Shown here one piece after another: positions 57,272 to 64,000 of a stretch of DNA of 64,000 nucleotides. The notes below the pieces were generated by a model. The model was not told the origin of the DNA. It worked only from the letters and a program-made list of their open reading frames with translations, and searched no databases. Origin of the DNA: Clostridia bacterium (GTDB lineage: Bacteria; Bacillota; Clostridia; UMGS1840); assembly GCA_045638525.1 (NCBI GenBank), contig JAZUBQ010000005.1, positions 76,989 through 140,988 on the forward strand, in the 5' to 3' direction. The translations under genes were made by a program, and so were the position numbers. How positions within the stretch are numbered: the first letter of the stretch is position 1; each line of letters starts with the position of its first letter.

Positions 57272-57434
57272 GTCAATTGAACTGACTCGTTTGTCTTTAG
57301 TGGTGTTTGCATTAGAATCATCCTTTCTGTTGTAATGACAAGATGACTATAAGGGGGGCTACTTCTTTGACAAGATTGCCCGCTTATGGCAAAACAGCGA
57401 CTTTGACGTAGAAATCAAAGTCGCTGTTTTCAAA
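57272..57434 (+). ncRNA. Candidate small RNA (about 160 nt) running from the rightward promoter to the 57391-57430 terminator
   Basis: No downstream + strand gene exists, because the next gene is convergent. The only ORF is 22 codons and has no RBS. The transcript ends at a 16-bp hairpin followed by TTTTCAAATTTT. Confidence 0.3.
57391..57430. terminator. Bidirectional intrinsic terminator (ends the 1511-aa gene on the minus strand and the candidate sRNA on the plus strand)
   Basis: AAAACAGCGACTTTGA-CGTAGAAA-TCAAAGTCGCTGTTTT, a 16-bp stem, 28 nt downstream of the stop at 57459. Confidence 0.88.
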
Positions 57435-57458
57435 TTTTGAATATAAATGATTCCAAAA

Positions 57459-60400
57459 CTATTCAATAACAGGTTTTATTAAAACTTTTTCGGTTGCTGT
57501 TGTTAATGGTTTAAGTGAATTTAAGTTACTCCACAAAAATGCTTTTAATGTGCAGAATTCTTCGCCTACATACTGAATATTTATATCATTCACTGTAGCA
57601 ACTATCATATAACTGTTCATATCTACCAGAACAGGGCGAATGCTATCCAATTTACCAGTCTCGTCATACACTGCTAACAAACAGGTTGCAGAATCACCCG
57701 GTGTTCTGGCAACAATCGTTACACAAACATCATCTCCGCCATAGTTATTTGTTTCGTGATAGAATGCATCTTCTTTTAATTCGATGGTTTCATCTAATAA
57801 AACAATATAGTTTTCCGCTACTTCTATATGAATATATGTATCCATCAGCTGAGTTGTTCCGTTCCAATTGGTACCAGCAAAACATATCATCTTAAATTCA
57901 GGAGATGTTCCGTATGCAATCTCAGAGCCTGCAATCAGCGGTTCATCACCAAGAAACACCAGATTTTTCAGATTTTCGCACTCATAAAAAGCACAATTCA
58001 AAACTTTTGCTACGGTTTTTGGAAGAACTACAGTATTCAAATTTTCGCAATAAGCAAATGCATATTTTTCAATATTGGTGACTCCCTCTTGCATATGGAT
58101 ATACTTAATTGCACTATTATAGAATGCATATTCCGGGATCTTTGTAATACAATCCGGAAGTATGACAGATTCTACTTGTGTACCGCTGAAATTAAAGTAA
58201 GAGAGGAAACTAAATCCGCTCAAATCCAATTCTCCGCATACCGGTTTGTCCGATAAATCAACTCTGCTGATGCGGTATTCATCGTCAACCTTTCTCCAGA
58301 TGATACCGTCCCAGGTTCCAGGCCAATCCCAGTCCCAACCTAAAACTTCTGCATTTGCACCGGTACATAAGAACGCAATCAGTTCGTTAACCTCATCCTG
58401 ATTAAACATTTCCGTACCATCTGTGATGTTCTGTGTTGCATAGGTTGCAATTCCGGTGCTTAAACCGGCCTGATTCAACGAAGATTCAACATCCGCAACC
58501 TCCAGGAAGTTCTCATCACAATTCAGATCACTTAAAGAAGAACAATCTGCGATTTCCAAGGATGTTATTCCGGAATTATAACAGTTCACACTGCTAAGAT
58601 TCACACAACCTGATAAATTAAGGGTTGACAAAGAACTGTTCTCGCAGGATACACTTTCAACATATTCTGCCTCAGGTAAGTTGAAATCACCTTCCAGATC
58701 CAGATTGTCGAAATTGATATTGGTAACATGATATTCATCCCCGATAATTTTCCACTCAACGCCCTCCCAGCTGTATGGATCGTCCAAATCCCAACCCAGC
58801 TTTTCAAGATTCAAAGATGTGTTGGCAAATGCACTTAAGCTGGAAAGTTCTGCAGCATTGAAATCGTATCCTTCGTTGTATTTTTGTGTTCCCAACACAG
58901 CAGAACCGCCGTTCAGATTGATAGCATTCATCTGGTTCATCAAATCTGCATTTTGGGATTCCACAATTCTGTTTTCGCTACATAAGAATGTGTTCAGATT
59001 TGTGTTTGTTGAAATATCAATAGAATACAGTTCATTATTTCCGCATCTTACAGTTTGCAATGTTGTTGCACCGCTCATGTCCAAATCATTAATTTGATTT
59101 CCATAGCAATTCAGCTCGGAAAGCTGCGCCATATCAGATACATCCAGCGATGAAATATTGTTGAATGCACAATTTAATGTTTGCAGATTATTGCATTCCT
59201 CAACATACAAGGAACCGATACTATTTGCGATACAGCTTAATGTAACCAGTTCGGTGCACTCAGAAACAACCAGCATAGAAATTGCATTTCCATCTAAATT
59301 CAGATTCTGCAATTTGGGGAAATTGTTTGCATTAAACCATCCGCCTAAGTTCAAATAACTTAAGTCAATATCCACCACATTACCATCCGTGTTCCACTTA
59401 ATTCCTACCCATGTGGAGGAATCCTCAATGTCCCAACCGACAGTTTCCAGCATCAATTCATTATCTCTCTGTTGGAAGAAGGAATTCAATGCATCGAATT
59501 CCTCTTCGTTCAATTCCACAATACCATTGCCGTATAAGGGTTCAGAGAATAAATGTGCTTTCGATGTACTCGGAATTTTTTTGGTTGACATAGCGGCATG
59601 ATAAGTAATCATTGAATGGCAATCACCAAACGCAGCCAACTTCCCAACTGTTCCATTGACACCAAAGAAGCAGGTAAGTCTATTGAACGGACAAACGTGA
59701 AGCAAATGGCTGAGCATATTAGTAATACCACCGGATTTACTCGCTGCAAGTGCCAACCCCTCAGAAAAATAGTGAAACGCTTCTTCTGCACAATATGAAT
59801 ATTTATTTGGATCATGATGATAATATTCATCCAAAGTTCCCCAGGTACCTACAACATAGTCTCTTATATCTGTTGGAGTTCCCGCATTCCAATTATAATC
59901 AGGATCGCCGTATTCTAACGCCATCATATCTGCAAATACGCCATTGGTTCTAAGCAATTCTGCAGAATTGAATGTATAGATTCTGCCATGTTTCTTAAAT
60001 CCCCAATTCGTAGAAAATGGCATATATGTTACAAAGTCTAATTCGTTGCACACATTAATTATATTTTTTAAGCCGGTATCGGGTGACTGTGTTGTATTAG
60101 GAGTTGCAAACAAATATGCATATACTTTGTCATACTTTGAATTGTTTGTAATACTTTCGGCCAACAGATTGCCGGCTGCAGCACCACGGCTGTGACCGGT
60201 GATAACAACCAGAGGATTTTTGATTTTATTTTCATCAAGATAATCTTCTAACTGTTCTTCAGCATCAACCGCTGCTTTATAAAATGAATAGTGCTCATCA
60301 AAGCATGCACTGTTGTCTCCTGATACCATCATATTTCCTTGCCATGCTTCTTTGGTATTGGATCCTTGAATAATAACAAACACCAGATCTTTAGGAACTA

Positions 60401-61994
60401 CTGAATTATTATACCTAACCTTTTTGGATGCAATAACCAGCGGAGATGTATCCTTACTGGGAGCATAATAATTGTTTGAAATTTTGTAATCAAACTGGCG
60501 TTCCTTTAACAAGTCACCCAACGCCAAAGTAATTCCTCTTGCCGATTCCACACTTCCCCGTTTGGTTATAATCACTTTCTGGTCAGTTCCTAATTTATAA
60601 CCATTCTGTTGGTAGGCTAATGCAGAATATTCCGCACACTCCAATGCTAAATCCACATTATATTTCTGATTATCATAGTCCCAAGGGACTAAATCAGCCA
60701 CCTCTGAAACATTGACCTGAAACACTAAATTTACAACTGTTCCCTCTCGGGATTCAACCTTACAAACAGCTTCTGCTTTACCGGAATGTTTAGCGGTTAT
60801 TTTTCCTGTAGATTCATTTATGGTTGCTATGTTTGGATCAGATATTCTCCAAGATGTAGAAACCACTGCATTTGAGGGCTCGCAAATTACCTTGGGTGTA
60901 TATGTTTCATTGATTGAATAAAATGTATAACCGGACATATTCAGCACTGCTCTTTTTAAAGTAACATTTTTTACATTATAAACCCAATATCCATCACTGG
61001 TTTTATACCAAATGTTATGTGCTGAATTTTCAGCTTTTGCAACAACAGGGATAACATCGCCCTTAGTATAAGACTTCTTAGGTTTCCCCTGTTTATAAGG
61101 AATGTCCAATGCATTTACATTGTCATTCGCAATAAAGGTCTCATTTACAGCAATCTCTCTTAATTCCCAGGCTTTACCGCAGTTCACGCATTTGCCAACA
61201 CTCCAGTTGGCGTGAGTACAGGGTTTAGGTGGCAACGGGGAATAATAACCCGTATTGGTTGAGCCACCGGTATTTCCGCTATTTGTGGAACCACTTCCGG
61301 TAGAACCACTTCCGGTAGAACCACTGCCGGAGGAACCACTATTCCCGGTATTGCTATTATTGGTTACATTATTTGATATGGTATCATTTCTTTCACCGGT
61401 CAACTCTTCCACATTTTCGGAATAGATATACCCCTCTTTAAGTTTGTACCAGATATGATTTTTACTGTTTTTCACGGCACCAAATGTAGTAACAGGCGTT
61501 CCTTTACTTAACCGGTCCAGTTCAGTGCCACCTAAATAGGGATATTGGCGCACAGCGGATGTGGAAGTCTTCACCCGGAATTCGCGGCGGATATCATCCT
61601 CGCTTATTATCGGTTCGTAATAATCACATCCAAGCGACTGACAAACGCTATTCTTCATATCATGCTTATGCTTTGTAACATTTCCGTTCCAAAGCCAAAA
61701 CACATTATTTACCCCATTGTTTGTAAGCTCCGGAGAAATTATGATTTTGTGCCAATTGGTCCAAGTAATTAATGTTGTCTTATTTTTCTTTGTTTCTGTA
61801 ACTTTAAAAACTGTACCTTTTTTTGAAACCTTAGAAACTATATCATTGTCTTCTCCAATCCCATATCTTAATGGAACACTATCTTTTGATGTTTCGTAAT
61901 AAGTAACACTTGCAGCGGACGCAGTTATGCTGAAAGTCGGAACTGTTGAAGACAGTATCGAAATCAGCATCAGGATTGCCAGTATTCTTTTCAT
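57459..61994 (-). CDS. Giant secreted multidomain protein: signal peptide, 3 SH3b-like domains, S/G/T/N linker, Big_2, class-3 lipase (alpha/beta hydrolase), three GWD-motif + leucine-rich-repeat modules, BspA-type LRR, conserved C-terminal beta-module
   Basis: 1511 aa. Signal peptide MKRILAILMLISILSSTVPTFSITASA. SH3b-like segments (...NHIWYKLKEGYIY, ...HNIWYKTSDGYWVY). Big_2 (ISDPNIATINESTGKITAKHSGKAEAV). Lipase nucleophile elbow VITGHSRGAA (Ser codon at 60191-60189). LRR runs (LQNLNLDGNAISML...LQTLNCAFNNISSL). BspA-type IPEYAFYNSAIKYIHM...IEKYAFAYCENLNTVVLP. AGGAGA RBS. Confidence 0.85.
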   Translation of the reverse strand: MKRILAILMLISILSSTVPTFSITASAASVTYYETSKDSVPLRYGIGEDNDIVSKVSKKGTVFKVTETKKNKTTLITWTNWHKIIISPELTNNGVNNVFWLWNGNVTKHKHDMKNSVCQSLGCDYYEPIISEDDIRREFRVKTSTSAVRQYPYLGGTELDRLSKGTPVTTFGAVKNSKNHIWYKLKEGYIYSENVEELTGERNDTISNNVTNNSNTGNSGSSGSGSTGSGSTGSGSTNSGNTGGSTNTGYYSPLPPKPCTHANWSVGKCVNCGKAWELREIAVNETFIANDNVNALDIPYKQGKPKKSYTKGDVIPVVAKAENSAHNIWYKTSDGYWVYNVKNVTLKRAVLNMSGYTFYSINETYTPKVICEPSNAVVSTSWRISDPNIATINESTGKITAKHSGKAEAVCKVESREGTVVNLVFQVNVSEVADLVPWDYDNQKYNVDLALECAEYSALAYQQNGYKLGTDQKVIITKRGSVESARGITLALGDLLKERQFDYKISNNYYAPSKDTSPLVIASKKVRYNNSVVPKDLVFVIIQGSNTKEAWQGNMMVSGDNSACFDEHYSFYKAAVDAEEQLEDYLDENKIKNPLVVITGHSRGAAAGNLLAESITNNSKYDKVYAYLFATPNTTQSPDTGLKNIINVCNELDFVTYMPFSTNWGFKKHGRIYTFNSAELLRTNGVFADMMALEYGDPDYNWNAGTPTDIRDYVVGTWGTLDEYYHHDPNKYSYCAEEAFHYFSEGLALAASKSGGITNMLSHLLHVCPFNRLTCFFGVNGTVGKLAAFGDCHSMITYHAAMSTKKIPSTSKAHLFSEPLYGNGIVELNEEEFDALNSFFQQRDNELMLETVGWDIEDSSTWVGIKWNTDGNVVDIDLSYLNLGGWFNANNFPKLQNLNLDGNAISMLVVSECTELVTLSCIANSIGSLYVEECNNLQTLNCAFNNISSLDVSDMAQLSELNCYGNQINDLDMSGATTLQTVRCGNNELYSIDISTNTNLNTFLCSENRIVESQNADLMNQMNAINLNGGSAVLGTQKYNEGYDFNAAELSSLSAFANTSLNLEKLGWDLDDPYSWEGVEWKIIGDEYHVTNINFDNLDLEGDFNLPEAEYVESVSCENSSLSTLNLSGCVNLSSVNCYNSGITSLEIADCSSLSDLNCDENFLEVADVESSLNQAGLSTGIATYATQNITDGTEMFNQDEVNELIAFLCTGANAEVLGWDWDWPGTWDGIIWRKVDDEYRISRVDLSDKPVCGELDLSGFSFLSYFNFSGTQVESVILPDCITKIPEYAFYNSAIKYIHMQEGVTNIEKYAFAYCENLNTVVLPKTVAKVLNCAFYECENLKNLVFLGDEPLIAGSEIAYGTSPEFKMICFAGTNWNGTTQLMDTYIHIEVAENYIVLLDETIELKEDAFYHETNNYGGDDVCVTIVARTPGDSATCLLAVYDETGKLDSIRPVLVDMNSYMIVATVNDINIQYVGEEFCTLKAFLWSNLNSLKPLTTATEKVLIKPVIE
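61288..61340 (-). repeat. 15-bp coding tandem repeat (about 3.5 units) encoding (GSGST)n in the linker of the 1511-aa protein
   Basis: Plus-strand units GAACCACTTCCGGTA (61288-61302) and GAACCACTTCCGGTA (61303-61317) are identical. GAACCACTGCCGGAG (61318-61332) has 2 mismatches. GAACCACT (61333-61340) is a partial unit. Confidence 0.9.
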
Positions 61995-62006
61995 TTGTCT
62001 TATCTC

Positions 62007-64000
62007 CTATTCAACTTCTTCCTCTTTGGAAACAGCCAGAGGTTCCAATTCCGAGAGTTTGTTCCAAACAAATAATTTCACGGTAAATTTCTTGTCGGTC
62101 AATCCGGAAATATAAATATTTTTGAATATAACTTCATTATCGCCAGCCAACAATGTTTTATCCGAAGGCAGCACCTTCACCAACGTTCCGTGAGAATCAA
62201 AAACGGACATCACAACAGATGCATTTTCGATTGTCTTGGAGGTTTTATTGGTGATATTTGCCTCAACGCTTCCAAAAATATTGGTATCATATACTCCTAA
62301 ATTGTTATCAATGATTTCGATATTACAATCAAAACCGTCGTCCACAAAAAGTGTATAGGTATCGCTGACACGTCTGTCTGCTGAATATGCAGTTACTGTA
62401 ACATTACCACCACTTTTTGCCGTCAACAATCCGTATTCATTCACAGATGCCACACTCGGATTATCAACTTCCCAGATAATGGTTTTATCTCCTGCATTTT
62501 CAGGATAAACGCTGTAATCAAGAAGCAGTTTGTTTCCGGCTACCACCTGAGGTTCGGTATTATTTATTGTGACGTTATCCACACTAACCGGTACAGTAAC
62601 GGAAATTGTACACTGTGCAGAAGTTTTTCCGTCTGTTGTGCATACAGTTACAACCGCCTGACCAATACCCAACCCGGTCACAAGACCTCTGGAGGATACC
62701 GACAGAACCTGATTGTTGCTGCTGGTCCATATCAGCTCTGCAGTACTATCCACAGGTTGTAAACTTGCTTTTAACTGATAGGTATTTCCCAAAGCAATTT
62801 TGGTGCCGGAAGTATCCAAATGAATGGAAGAAGCTGCTGAGGTTGACTGATTCAATCCATCGCCTGAGTTACCAATAGAAAGGAAACTTGCTTTTTTCAA
62901 CGAACTTTCCAAAGAAGCATAGGTTGCAAATGCCCAACAACTTCCGATTTCGCCCTGGTTTTTGACAGAAGTCATGCATTCTTCTTCTCTCAAATCATAT
63001 CTGGACGGAAGTTCTGCACCTTCAGCATAATTATGATTGGTATTCAAATCAGGAATAAACGGTGGTGGAATAGAGCCCAGCGTATATTCTGAATCCGTTG
63101 CAAAAAGCTCTACCGAATCTTGGGATTTTATGTAATCCACAAACGCTTCGTTCAGGTCATAGCCTGCCTCCAGCATTTCGTCAATAGAATAAACTTTGTC
63201 GCTTTCATATTCTCTACCGATGTTATCAATTCCTTGCAAGAATACCGAAGTATCATCAGTTTCGGTAAATGCCTTAATACAAAGATTTGTATTCTTCTTG
63301 TGTTCGGTCATATCCATCCATGTTTTTTTGTCCATACCAATGTAGGACTCGTCTTTATTGGCTCTCGCATTAGAAGCATGACCTTCTAAAGGAAACTCCA
63401 TAAACAACATCACATTTCCTGTGTTCGCAGTTGTTTTTACCACAACAGCAAATCTTGTACCCTTCGCCAGCTCAATGGGATTATCCAGATTCACAGTGAG
63501 ATATCCTGCATATTCAGAAACACCTGTTTTCAACACCGGACCAAGATTCTCAAGAGATTTTTGATTCTGGTAATTTGTCACAACATAGACTTCGTATGCC
63601 ATACCGGGCGCATAGTTATAGAAGGAAACCGCCTTCAATAACTCTTTTTCCTGCAAAGCACTTCCTGCCTCAGGAAATACATTGGCAGCATATAATTCTT
63701 TTTCTCCGAATTCATTGGTTGCCAGGGTTGGACCTAAGTAATCGTACTGATAAATTTTATTATAGTTATCCGCACTTTCGGCATGATAGAACACGGCATT
63801 GTAATCATCGTTTTCCGGACGTCCGGTTTTCGGATCCACAACATATTTTCCAAGGTATTTATCGTAGTACGAAATATAAAAATATCCATCTTCCCCGGAA
63901 TTGGTTCCCCAACTGTTTTTACAGATGAAAGCACCATCTCCGGGAGGAGTTGTCTCAAAGTTAGCTCTGGAATAATTATCATCCCAACCAATAATGGCAA
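62007..64000 (-). CDS. Secreted C1 (papain-like) peptidase family protein, 5' end off-window: C-terminal part of the peptidase domain, beta-sandwich domain, orphan second Cys-motif fragment, 2x Big_2, conserved C-terminal beta-module
   Basis: The reading frame of the 610-aa ORF stays open upstream to the window edge: ...AIIGWDDNYSRANFETTPPGDGAFICKNSWGTNSGEDGYFYISYYDKYLGKYVVDPKTGRPE. This is the His/Asn/Trp half of a C1 peptidase, so the ORF-track M at 63839 is an internal GTG. Stop TAG at 62007, 12 nt before the next gene's ATG. Confidence 0.82.
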   Translation of the reverse strand, partial: AIIGWDDNYSRANFETTPPGDGAFICKNSWGTNSGEDGYFYISYYDKYLGKYVVDPKTGRPENDDYNAVFYHAESADNYNKIYQYDYLGPTLATNEFGEKELYAANVFPEAGSALQEKELLKAVSFYNYAPGMAYEVYVVTNYQNQKSLENLGPVLKTGVSEYAGYLTVNLDNPIELAKGTRFAVVVKTTANTGNVMLFMEFPLEGHASNARANKDESYIGMDKKTWMDMTEHKKNTNLCIKAFTETDDTSVFLQGIDNIGREYESDKVYSIDEMLEAGYDLNEAFVDYIKSQDSVELFATDSEYTLGSIPPPFIPDLNTNHNYAEGAELPSRYDLREEECMTSVKNQGEIGSCWAFATYASLESSLKKASFLSIGNSGDGLNQSTSAASSIHLDTSGTKIALGNTYQLKASLQPVDSTAELIWTSSNNQVLSVSSRGLVTGLGIGQAVVTVCTTDGKTSAQCTISVTVPVSVDNVTINNTEPQVVAGNKLLLDYSVYPENAGDKTIIWEVDNPSVASVNEYGLLTAKSGGNVTVTAYSADRRVSDTYTLFVDDGFDCNIEIIDNNLGVYDTNIFGSVEANITNKTSKTIENASVVMSVFDSHGTLVKVLPSDKTLLAGDNEVIFKNIYISGLTDKKFTVKLFVWNKLSELEPLAVSKEEEVE

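Noticed and set aside
61245-61382. Short direct repeats that might be a CRISPR array or a minisatellite.
   Set aside because: The units are 15 bp with no spacers, and they lie in frame inside a long ORF encoding a GSGST linker. No cas genes are present in the window.
63734-64000. 88-aa minus-strand ORF at the right edge (MPLLVGMIIIPELTL...).
   Set aside because: It is out of frame with, and fully overlapped by, the C1-peptidase reading frame. That frame stays open to the window edge and reads AIIGWDDNY...KNSWG...GYFYISYYD.

Overview
This is an AT-rich, densely coding chromosomal segment. Gene order and motifs suggest an anaerobic Firmicute of the Clostridia type, but that is inference only.

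Left to right, the window holds:
- a split transketolase followed by the hydG-hydF-hydE' [FeFe]-hydrogenase maturase genes
- a secreted clan GH-A type hydrolase
- hprK-pgsA-tmcAL-dgt, then pfkA
- galM with small membrane and lipoprotein genes
- the conserved rimP-nusA-ylxR-ylxQ-infB-rbfA-nrnA-truB-ribF block
- pgeF, an orphan substrate-binding protein, ddl and murI
- DUF1934-argS-ctpA, then glnA
- a monocistronic tRNA-Arg(CCG), then trmO
- an AraC-linked dehydrogenase / SNF transporter / glycosidase locus

The most unusual core feature is a ten-gene minus-strand operon (52217 -> 42115). It joins hdrB-hdrC-hdrA-mvhD and three Flx-like redox genes to a fumarate-reductase-like FrdB/FrdA pair and an AAE-family permease.

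The right end (54-64 kb) is an accessory cell-surface island. It contains:
- a Cys-rich 4-TM protein
- a decayed surface-protein gene, with an in-frame TGA at a conserved Trp position plus a G5 frameshift
- an 856-bp ORF-free gap with promoter- and terminator-delimited candidate small RNAs
- a 1511-aa SH3b/Big_2/lipase/LRR protein
- a chimeric C1-peptidase protein that runs off the window

Three of these proteins share a conserved module.

I saw no CRISPR array, transposase, integrase, phage gene or recognisable defence gene. All calls rest on motif recognition in the translated ORFs and on manual inspection of the DNA; no database search was possible.
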